Positions 1 to 6,972 of a stretch of DNA of 64,000 nucleotides are shown piece after piece. Source of the DNA: a virus. Each line of letters starts with the position of its first letter. The stretch's first letter is position 1. The notes below the pieces were generated by a model. It searched no databases and was not told the DNA's origin. It saw nothing but the letters and a program-made list of their open reading frames with translations. A program made the translations under genes and the position numbers. The stretch is from positions 1-64,000 of IMG/VR virus record IMGVR_UViG_3300030329_005959. One strand, given 5' to 3'.

Positions 1-292
1 CCCGCCATTCTACCGCCTTCTCAGCGGGGGTAGAACACCGCTCCCAGTGCGCCTCGTATGGGTCAGGCCCACCCGTGCTGGCATCGGTCAGCTCGGGATA
101 CGTCTCGACCGCCTCCTCACGGGAGGCGAAGCCGCTCACCATGCCAGCGACCTGCCGCTCCCCGATGGAGAGGGCAAGTTGCTCGCTCGCGGTGCCGCCC
201 ACGATCCACCGCTTCATGGTGTCCGACCGCTGGGCAGCGGTCACCACGTAGTAGTTGTCGGACGGGCGGGTCATGATGTCTGTCTCAGTCAT
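1..292 (-). CDS. Early-region hypothetical protein, partial (runs off the left edge)
   Basis: Read manually: ATG at 292, MTETDIMTRPSDNYYVVTAAQRSDTMKRWIVGG..., open to position 1. It sits 6 nt downstream of a TATACT box. Absent from the ORF track because there is no stop in the window. Confidence 0.75.
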   Translation of the reverse strand, partial: MTETDIMTRPSDNYYVVTAAQRSDTMKRWIVGGTASEQLALSIGERQVAGMVSGFASREEAVETYPELTDASTGGPDPYEAHWERCSTPAEKAVEWR

Positions 293-298
293 ATGTGT

Positions 299-326
299 AG
301 TATAGCAGGGTAGCGGCTAAACGCAA
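299..326 (-). promoter_or_regulatory. Sigma70-type early promoter, leaderless (copy 1)
   Basis: Minus strand TTGCGT-N16-TATACT-ACACAT-ATG, with extended -10 TG and an A-tract upstream. Confidence 0.8.
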
Positions 327-363
327 GCCCTAAATGCGTTTTTTATTCGTTTTTTTTACCCTC

Positions 364-440
364 GTAACTCATTGATTATCAACGACTTACGAAGGCGCGG
401 CGGGGCCGTCGCCGTAACTCGTTGACGCTTAACGAGTTAC
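364..440. repeat. Two copies of a 27-bp imperfect palindrome flanking a GC-rich hairpin
   Basis: GTAACTCATTGATTATCAACGACTTAC (364-390) and GTAACTCGTTGACGCTTAACGAGTTAC (414-440). The spacer contains GGCGCGGC...GCCGTCGCC. Confidence 0.8.
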
Positions 441-450
441 GACTTGACTG

Positions 451-550
451 AGGCTGTTAGATTCTGTTAGCGGCTGTTAGAGAGGCCGACGAGGACAACG
501 GCGATGATGAGGTAGGTCAGTTCGATCATATGTTAGAGTCTGTTAGAGAG
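451..550. repeat. 10-bp-phased (C)TGTTAG repeats
   Basis: aggctgttag/attctgttag/cggctgttag at 451-480; tgttagagtc/tgttagagag at 531-550. Confidence 0.75.
467..529 (-). CDS. Possible 20-aa hydrophobic micropeptide
   Basis: Manual translation MIELTYLIIAVVLVGLSNSR*. It directly follows the 543-683 ORF on the same strand. Confidence 0.4.
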   Translation of the reverse strand: MIELTYLIIAVVLVGLSNSR

Positions 551-683
551 TCGCCTTGGCTAGTCGCCTCTTGCGGTTCTTCTCATGCGTCCGCTGTAAC
601 CGAAGGGCTTTATTCTTGCGGTTGCGGCGTAGCTGCAAGCGGTGCTTGCGCTTCCCGTGTTGGATGGCTTGTGTCTTGGTCAT
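543..683 (-). CDS. 46-aa highly basic (Arg/Lys-rich) peptide
   Basis: Manual translation MTKTQAIQHGKRKHRLQLRRNRKNKALRLQRTHEKNRKRRLAKATL*. It starts 4 nt after the stop of 688-1038. Confidence 0.6.
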   Translation of the reverse strand: MTKTQAIQHGKRKHRLQLRRNRKNKALRLQRTHEKNRKRRLAKATL

Positions 684-687
684 AGTG

Positions 688-1038
688 TTAGAAGATGGTG
701 GGTTCCTTGGTGATGTCATTGTCTCTGGTCACCCAGCACTCATCACTCTTGAGCATGAGATCTGCCTTGACCAGTCTTACCTTGGTAGCAGTGGTGATGC
801 CAGTAGACTCTGCCATCCTGACCTCCTGCATACAGTTGAGCAGAACAGCGAAGATGCTTTCGGCGGTATCACGGAAGTGACGGATGTCACGCCTGTCTGC
901 TATAGCCTCCTCACAGAGATCAGAGAGAACGGAGCGAGCGTGATCGGGGAGCTTGATGATCCTTGCTGGGACCGCGCCACCCGTGCGCTTGGCCTTGAGC
1001 ATTTCGACAACGATGGAGTAGATGACTGCTGGTTTCAT
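688..1038 (-). CDS. Early-region hypothetical protein
   Basis: 116-aa ORF; ATG 9 nt downstream of a TATACT box. Confidence 0.75.
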   Translation of the reverse strand: MKPAVIYSIVVEMLKAKRTGGAVPARIIKLPDHARSVLSDLCEEAIADRRDIRHFRDTAESIFAVLLNCMQEVRMAESTGITTATKVRLVKADLMLKSDECWVTRDNDITKEPTIF

Positions 1039-1047
1039 AGTGGTAGT

Positions 1048-1075
1048 AGTATAGTTTATTGAGAGAGAGATGCAA
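1048..1075 (-). promoter_or_regulatory. Sigma70-type early promoter (copy 2)
   Basis: TTGCAT-N16-TATACT-ACTACCACT-ATG on the minus strand. Confidence 0.75.
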
Positions 1076-1193
1076 GTTCTTTTTTAAGTTTTTTTATTTC
1101 GTCCACAAGGTGTTGTGGCAGTTGACAGTTCCCTGCTGACCAGAGAAGTCTGCGAAGGCGTTTCCTTTTTGATTCTATGGATTCAGGCTTCAT
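1056..1193 (-). CDS. Small hypothetical protein (45 aa; probable true start within the 1056-1334 ORF)
   Basis: MKPESIESKRKRLRRLLW...; the ATG at 1193 overlaps the end of 1183-1377, consistent with coupling. Confidence 0.5.
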   Translation of the reverse strand: MKPESIESKRKRLRRLLWSAGNCQLPQHLVDEIKKLKKELASLSQ

Positions 1194-1377
1194 CGTTACA
1201 CTTGTGGCATACGCCATACTTGTCATGCTTGTCGCAGAACGCAACGGAATTGTTACGCAGGACATGGGAGGGAATGCGCTGCCTCTTGAACGCTTCCCAA
1301 TTCTCACGCCAGTTAGGGTCGGCGTGAGACTCAAAGAGAAAAAGTGAGGTCGTGGTGATTGGCTTTCCGAATGACAT
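1183..1377 (-). CDS. Small hypothetical protein with a CxxH...CxxC putative zinc site
   Basis: 64 aa, contains FCDKHDKYGVCHKC; ATG 6 nt after TATACT. Confidence 0.7.
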   Translation of the reverse strand: MSFGKPITTTSLFLFESHADPNWRENWEAFKRQRIPSHVLRNNSVAFCDKHDKYGVCHKCNDEA

Positions 1378-1383
1378 GAGAGT

Positions 1384-1411
1384 AGTATAGCAGAGATTGA
1401 GGGAAACGCAA
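1384..1411 (-). promoter_or_regulatory. Sigma70-type early promoter, leaderless (copy 3)
   Basis: TTGCGT-N16-TATACT-ACTCTC-ATG with extended -10 TG. Confidence 0.8.
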
Positions 1412-1420
1412 GGATTATTT

Positions 1421-1750
1421 TCAGTTTTTTCTCTCTTTTTTCACCCGCTCCTTGGCGGTTCTGATTGCCTCTTCACACGCTTTCGCGTAGGCTTCTCGGT
1501 TCTTCATTACCTCCGCGCTGCGGGGAGCGTTGATGGTGAAGCGAGCGACCCGCAACTCATGCTCTCTTCCCTCGGGAGAGGCAGAGTCAAGGATCGTGTC
1601 CACCCTGTTAAGGTCAACCCAATCCTCTCCACCGTCCTCATCCATGATCTGGACCTCGTTATTTTCGAGAGCCGTATCAGTTACCAATCCCCAAGTGTTA
1701 CCATCGAACACTACCTCGCTACCGTTGCAGATGCTTTCCTTAACTGTCAT
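1421..1750 (-). CDS. Early-region hypothetical protein (start re-assigned to MTVKES)
   Basis: The ORF track gives 1421-1807, but the ATG at 1750 lies 6 nt after TATACT as in the neighbouring genes. Confidence 0.75.
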   Translation of the reverse strand: MTVKESICNGSEVVFDGNTWGLVTDTALENNEVQIMDEDGGEDWVDLNRVDTILDSASPEGREHELRVARFTINAPRSAEVMKNREAYAKACEEAIRTAKERVKKERKN

Positions 1751-1756
1751 GCTAGT

Positions 1757-1784
1757 AGTATACCACAATCTCAGGAAACCGCAA
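1757..1784 (-). promoter_or_regulatory. Sigma70-type early promoter, leaderless (copy 4)
   Basis: TTGCGG-N16-TATACT-ACTAGC-ATG with extended -10 TG. Confidence 0.8.
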
Positions 1785-1985
1785 GAGAAAAAATGCATTT
1801 TTAACAATTTTATTTTCTAATTAAAAGCTTGACTAATTAACAAGACCCCCACCCATTTCTGAGAAATTTTAAGAGGTTTTCTGCGTTAATGTCGCGGGGG
1901 GAGCGTTTTCTCAATTTATCACCCCCATTTCTGTGGGGCGTGGGTGTTTTGGGGAGGTGGTTGTATTTATTGTTTAAAAAAAATA

Positions 1986-2165
1986 ATGGCAACATATAAT
2001 AAAAAAGTGCTGGACGTAATTACACGGTATGTTCCATTAGTGGCAGGAATAATGTATACGGTTGTGGGGGCGGCGTATATTATGAAGAAGGATTTTGGAT
2101 GGGGTGTGATATGGGTATCGTATGCGACTGCTAATTTTGGGTTAATGGTAGTGGGGAACCAGTGA
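1986..2165 (+). CDS. Small membrane protein (two hydrophobic segments)
   Basis: MATYNKK... YVPLVAGIMYTVVGAAY and FGWGVIWVSYATANFGLMVV. Confidence 0.6.
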   Translation: MATYNKKVLDVITRYVPLVAGIMYTVVGAAYIMKKDFGWGVIWVSYATANFGLMVVGNQ

Positions 2166-2185
2166 AACTGGTGTAATATGAGTAA

Positions 2186-3058
2186 ATGAGTCTCTCATAC
2201 TCCAACACCCCCGTTTACATTGGGGATATAAACACATCCAGTGTGAACACAGGTTTTGCGGTGGGTTCGATAGATTATATACCTGCTCTTAATTCTAATG
2301 TTACTTTGGGGGCGTCAGTAAACCCCAAAAGAAACTTGGGAGTTAATGTAGTAGAGAGCGACCAATTTAATTTCGACTCTGCTCTTGAAGCGACTATATC
2401 CATTGAGTCTTTAATCCAAAGAGACCTAAGCGAAGGGTTTGGGTTTTTGAGTGGGACTACAGAGGCGCAAGAAGCTTTTGTTCCTATACAGATAGGAGAG
2501 AATCTATATAAGAAATGCTACCCCACAGATGTTAGTATAAGTGTGGCTCCCTTTGTTCCCGCGACCATAAGAGCTAATTTTGTTTGTTTGGACCCCCCTA
2601 CTGGGACAACATTATCTGGAGACAGCAGAACTTTAGTTCAAACCACTGGGATACCAATTAGCGGAGATGACATTATTTATGGGCATACTTGCACTGTAAC
2701 TAACATGACGGAAGTGGTGGGTAGTGTCCAATCGCAAGTGGATTTTACGAGAAACTACGCCCGAACCCCCGTTTACAATCTAGGGTCAGTCAATGCCTCT
2801 AGTATGTTGTTGGATGGCGTAGAAGAAGAGTTGTCTATAACATCTACAGGATTGAGTAATTTTATTGATTTAAGCGGACAATTACTAGCTGGTTCGGTGG
2901 GTGTTAGTCTACAAGATAAAGACAGTCTCTTTGATAATGGGGCGTTAGTGGAAATAATGACGATGCCAGTAGGAGCAAGAGTGGTTAATCAAACTTATGG
3001 CGTTGCAGGTGGAGAGACTGTGCAAACAAGCGTAACATTAAAAAATATTAAACTGTAA
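2186..3058 (+). CDS. Tail-tube-fold structural protein (paralogue)
   Basis: Ser/Thr/Gly beta-rich. CYPTDVSISV and RTPVYNLGS match motifs in 16444-17568. GTGTAA lies 9 nt upstream of the ATG. Confidence 0.55.
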   Translation: MSLSYSNTPVYIGDINTSSVNTGFAVGSIDYIPALNSNVTLGASVNPKRNLGVNVVESDQFNFDSALEATISIESLIQRDLSEGFGFLSGTTEAQEAFVPIQIGENLYKKCYPTDVSISVAPFVPATIRANFVCLDPPTGTTLSGDSRTLVQTTGIPISGDDIIYGHTCTVTNMTEVVGSVQSQVDFTRNYARTPVYNLGSVNASSMLLDGVEEELSITSTGLSNFIDLSGQLLAGSVGVSLQDKDSLFDNGALVEIMTMPVGARVVNQTYGVAGGETVQTSVTLKNIKL

Positions 3059-3078
3059 TTTACGTGTAAATATAGATA

Positions 3079-3795
3079 ATGGCTCGCAAAGACCTGTCTA
3101 ATATTGAGTTGACTCCTCATTTTCACCACTCAGTCAAATTTAAAGAGAGAAAATTTAAGTTTACCGCTAAACAAAAGAGATTTCTTAGCATACTTTTAAA
3201 TTCTTCAGTTAAAATTCTTTTTGTGTCGGGGCCAGCAGGGTCCAGTAAAACCTACATGTCTCTTTATGGCTGTTTGCGCCTTTTGGCGGAAAATTCTGAA
3301 AAAGAGTTATTGTATGTAAGGAGTATAGCAGAAAGTGCGGATAAAGGATTGGGAAGCTTACCAGGGGATATAACAGATAAGTTTGATCCATTTTTAATGC
3401 CTTTGTATGATAAGTTGGATGAAATAATTTTCGAGGGCGATACAGCCTATTTGAAACAAGTTGGTCGCGTGTCTGCGGTTCCGATAAATTTCCTCCGAGG
3501 AGCTAACTGGAACAATAAGCTTATTGTTGCTGACGAAGCTCAGAATTTCACCTTTAAGGAACTGACTACGTTAATAACACGCATAGGAGAAGGAAGCAAG
3601 TTAATTATTTGCGGAGACTTCATGCAAAGTGACATTAACGGCAAAACAGGCTTTAGCGAAATGTTTGATTTGTTCTCTGATGATAGTTCTGTGGAGAATG
3701 GGATAAGCTCTTTTAAGTTTACTCGGAGTGATATCGTCCGTAGTAAGATTTTAAAATTTATTATTTCTAAATTAGAAACATATAAACCTGTGTAA
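3079..3795 (+). CDS. phoH: PhoH-family ATPase
   Basis: GPAGSSKT Walker A, LGSLPGDITDKFDPF, PINFLRG, IVADEAQN, LITRIGEGSKLIICGD, DIVRS. Confidence 0.93.
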   Translation: MARKDLSNIELTPHFHHSVKFKERKFKFTAKQKRFLSILLNSSVKILFVSGPAGSSKTYMSLYGCLRLLAENSEKELLYVRSIAESADKGLGSLPGDITDKFDPFLMPLYDKLDEIIFEGDTAYLKQVGRVSAVPINFLRGANWNNKLIVADEAQNFTFKELTTLITRIGEGSKLIICGDFMQSDINGKTGFSEMFDLFSDDSSVENGISSFKFTRSDIVRSKILKFIISKLETYKPV

Positions 3796-3803
3796 TATCA
3801 TAT

Positions 3804-3862
3804 GTATATAACCAAGAGCGAACGTCAACGCGACAGCGGCGAACAGCTTATATACTCACAGG
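3804..3862 (+). ncRNA. Candidate small structured RNA (extended hairpin)
   Basis: GTATATA...TATATAC closing stem, AGC/GCT and CGT/GCG helices, and a CGC-GACA-GCG apical hairpin. It lies just after a GTGTAA motif at 3790, in an intergenic gap. Confidence 0.4.
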
Positions 3863-3915
3863 ACTAAGATCTTGTTTATTTTAGAAAAAGCCCGAATTTA
3901 ATATATAAATATATA

Positions 3916-4254
3916 ATGAGCCATCTATTTTGTCATAGCTGCGGAAGCAAGCTTTCTTATAGTCATGCCAAACCAAATTTTTGCGGCAAGTGTGGACAGC
4001 AATTAAATATGAGTGCGACGGCTAATATCGCTGGCGCGAGATCTACCGTTGAAAAATCAGTGGTCATATCACAAGACGAAACAGATGCGGAGTCGGTTCC
4101 TCATATCGAGGATTTTCAGGTTGAATACAGCACCGAAAAAAAATCTGTCACATTAGGTTCATTGCTGGGAGAGCAACGCTCACCCGATAACGAAAAGAGG
4201 AGAAGAACTCTCTCAGTTGATGAATTTATTGATGAAAAGAAAAAAGAAGGGTGA
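3916..4254 (+). CDS. Zinc-ribbon protein
   Basis: N-terminal CHSCG...NFCGKCG. Confidence 0.8.
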   Translation: MSHLFCHSCGSKLSYSHAKPNFCGKCGQQLNMSATANIAGARSTVEKSVVISQDETDAESVPHIEDFQVEYSTEKKSVTLGSLLGEQRSPDNEKRRRTLSVDEFIDEKKKEG

Positions 4255-4936
4255 GTATACTTACGAGGATTTTTCGGACATCATAGACGCCGCTATAAAA
4301 AGGCAACAGTATAAATGGAGGCTAAATGCTGTTAAGTGGTTTGATTTTGAAGACGTATCTCAGATAATAAAATTACACATCGCCAAAAAATGGCACATGT
4401 GGGATCAAGAGCGTCCTTTAGAGCCGTGGATAGGTCGTATCATTTCTAATCAGATGCGAAACCTGATTAGGAATCATTATGGGAACTATGTAAAGCCTTG
4501 CACTAATTGCAAATTCTCGTTGGGGGATAAGTGTTCTGTGACAAGAACAGGAAGACAAGACTCCACATGCACTCTTTACGCTAAGTGGGAGAAGTCTAAA
4601 AAAGCAGGTTTAGAGCTTAAAACACCTTTATCGACCGAAGACTTCCCCAAAGAGGTCCAAGGTAGACCTTACGAAGATTTTGATTTTGATAGTTCTTTGA
4701 AAAAACTCAATATCCATATGGAGATTAGATTGAGTCAAGTTCACTACATTGCTTATCGCATGTTGTATTTCGAGGATAAAACAGAAGAAGATGTGGCTCG
4801 TTTTATGGGATACAAAATATCAGCACAAAAAAACAAGCTGGGGTATAGGCAAGTAAAGAATCTGAAGAAAAAGTTTCTGGAGATAGCTTTGGAAATCTTG
4901 AAAGACCAAGACATTATAGGAAATGGACCTGAGTGA
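4232..4936 (+). CDS. Phage RNA polymerase sigma factor (ECF/sigma70-like) with Cys4 insertion
   Basis: Region 2-like FDFEDVSQIIKLHIAKKWHMWDQERPLEPWIGRIISNQMRNLIR; region 4 HTH-like RMLYFEDKTEEDVARFMG; CTNC...C...C between them. Confidence 0.7.
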   Translation: MKRKKKGEYTYEDFSDIIDAAIKRQQYKWRLNAVKWFDFEDVSQIIKLHIAKKWHMWDQERPLEPWIGRIISNQMRNLIRNHYGNYVKPCTNCKFSLGDKCSVTRTGRQDSTCTLYAKWEKSKKAGLELKTPLSTEDFPKEVQGRPYEDFDFDSSLKKLNIHMEIRLSQVHYIAYRMLYFEDKTEEDVARFMGYKISAQKNKLGYRQVKNLKKKFLEIALEILKDQDIIGNGPE

Positions 4937-5972
4937 AAAACAAAAACAGTTTTTACGGGAAAACGCAGCTCGGGTTCCAAACTTAATTGATTTGACGAGA
5001 CAGTGTTTCGAAAGGGAGGACTTAGATGGTCGGTCCCGTGAAGGCAGGGCTGTTAGAAAATTTTTAGCCGATAACGCTATCGAATACCAGACGACAAACC
5101 GACCACCCGCCGAAGTGATAGAATTTACCGAGGAGCAAAGAGAATTTATACTAGACCAAGCGGAGAGCGGTTTGTCTTCATTGCATATCGCTAGGATTCT
5201 TTTTCCTGATCGTCAAATCAGACCGTTAAGTGCAGAGCAGAGAGCTGTGCTTGCGAAAATCCGCGAAGTAAACCCTGACATTTTGCCATCTCAAGATAGT
5301 GGAGCGCTCAATTCATACATTCCTCCGAAGGCTACCTCCCGAATCATCAAGAAAATCAATGATGCTACAGGAATTGGGTTAGAAGAATCTAAAATCAACA
5401 GACAAAAACAAATTTGTGTTGAGAAGTTGATGGTTAACCTATCGAATTCAAGATTTCTCAAAATTATTAATAATTACCTCAATGAAGAAGACAGGTTACT
5501 GTTTGAGCATGAGTTTATACGTTTGACATGGGATAAACCTGATTTAACAGCTGACGAAATTAATTTATATTTAAATGTTTGTAAGGAGGTAATTAATTTG
5601 GAGGTGGTGAGCGCCCACCTTAACAAGTTGAACGATATGTTCGATGTTGCTGACGAACAGGCGGAAATGTCTATACGTCTAGCAGAAATCATAAAAGCTA
5701 AGAGTTCGGAGTATCATCAATGCGAGACACGCATTGAAAACCTTACCAAGAAGCTTCAGGGTGATCGCGGGGAGAGAATGAAGAAGATGCAAAAAGAAAA
5801 CGCTTCGTTTCTTTCTATTGTCCAGCTTTTTCAAGAAGAGGAAGAAAGAAAGACAATGATAAGGATAGCAGAGATGCAAAAAGAAGCAGTCAAAGAAGAG
5901 GCCGAAAGATTAGAGGGGATGGCCGAGTGGAAAGCGAGAGTTTTAGGAATTGGTCAACAAGATGTCTTATGA
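4923..5972 (+). CDS. Helical hypothetical protein, possible terminase small subunit
   Basis: HTH-like segments and a C-terminal coiled coil; two genes upstream of TerL. The call is positional. Confidence 0.35.
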   Translation: MDLSEKQKQFLRENAARVPNLIDLTRQCFEREDLDGRSREGRAVRKFLADNAIEYQTTNRPPAEVIEFTEEQREFILDQAESGLSSLHIARILFPDRQIRPLSAEQRAVLAKIREVNPDILPSQDSGALNSYIPPKATSRIIKKINDATGIGLEESKINRQKQICVEKLMVNLSNSRFLKIINNYLNEEDRLLFEHEFIRLTWDKPDLTADEINLYLNVCKEVINLEVVSAHLNKLNDMFDVADEQAEMSIRLAEIIKAKSSEYHQCETRIENLTKKLQGDRGERMKKMQKENASFLSIVQLFQEEEERKTMIRIAEMQKEAVKEEAERLEGMAEWKARVLGIGQQDVL

Positions 5973-6972
5973 TTGTAAAGAGTGTGGGGATTCATTTGAT
6001 TCTTTAAGGAGTCTACATGCACACATAAAAAAACATGGTAAATACCTTGGGGATTACTATGTGGAGAATTATGCCAGAAAAGATAGGCTAACAGGAGAGC
6101 TTATTCCATTTAAGAAATACAAGCAGTATTTCGATAGTGAATTTATCAACAAACGGAACATGAGAAAATGGTGCTCTACAGCACCCGTTGAGGAGGCAAA
6201 AGAATTTATTACAAAAAGCTTAAAAGAAAAAATAGAAGCCAAAGGGCTTTCGGGTGGTCCCCCCGCCCTATACCTACAAACATCAAAGCTGCCCGACTTA
6301 GAGATATGCAAAGACGTTTTTGGTAGCTACCGCGAAGCTTGTAACCAATTTGGTATGTTGCCCATGCTAGGCAAGCAACTGCCAAATGAATTTAAAAAAG
6401 ATTACTCAGACACTCCTATTCTTATAGATACGAGAGAGCAAAAGCCTCTTCATTTTAGTAACTCTGAGATTTTGAAGTTGGATGTGGGGGATTACGCAGT
6501 GGGGGGAGATTTATATGACTATACATTCGTGGATAGGAAATCATACCAGGACTTCTGTGCTACTGTAACAAATGGTTATAATAGATTTGTAAAAGAGTTA
6601 GAAAGATGCAGAACAATGGGCTGCTTCTTATTTATAGTGGTGGAAACAGCATTTGGTGACATGTGGGGAGAAAATCACAGGGGTTACAAAAAGTTCAACC
6701 TAGATTATGTGTTTCATAGGATGCGTGAAATCCAAGCTGAGTATTCAGATTGTTCACAATTTGTATTTAGCGGGTCGCGAGAAAAGAGTGAAGAGATCAT
6801 CCCTAAAATTCTTGTTTTAGGCAAACAGTTATGGGAAGTGGACGTTCAATACTTCTGGAATAAACAACTTAAAAAAAATGGCTTGGAAAGAAGGAAAGCA
6901 AAAGCTCCACCGAGAGCACAAGGATATAAACCAACTAATTCTAGGCAAAGAGGGATATTTAGAGGAAACTGA
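5962..6972 (+). CDS. C2H2 zinc finger plus ERCC4 (XPF/Mus81) endonuclease
   Basis: CKECG...LHAHIKKH; ILIDTREQKP, LDVGDY, VDRKSYQDF, RFVKELER. Confidence 0.8.
   Translation: MSYDCKECGDSFDSLRSLHAHIKKHGKYLGDYYVENYARKDRLTGELIPFKKYKQYFDSEFINKRNMRKWCSTAPVEEAKEFITKSLKEKIEAKGLSGGPPALYLQTSKLPDLEICKDVFGSYREACNQFGMLPMLGKQLPNEFKKDYSDTPILIDTREQKPLHFSNSEILKLDVGDYAVGGDLYDYTFVDRKSYQDFCATVTNGYNRFVKELERCRTMGCFLFIVVETAFGDMWGENHRGYKKFNLDYVFHRMREIQAEYSDCSQFVFSGSREKSEEIIPKILVLGKQLWEVDVQYFWNKQLKKNGLERRKAKAPPRAQGYKPTNSRQRGIFRGN

Noticed and set aside
364-440. Mini CRISPR array
   Set aside because: Only two non-identical repeats, a 23-bp self-complementary spacer, and no cas operon.
47-1820. Plus-strand ORFs 47-313, 58-276, 556-1062, 695-880, 1115-1327, 1397-1804 and 1530-1820
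   Set aside because: Antisense shadows of minus-strand genes that have clear promoters.
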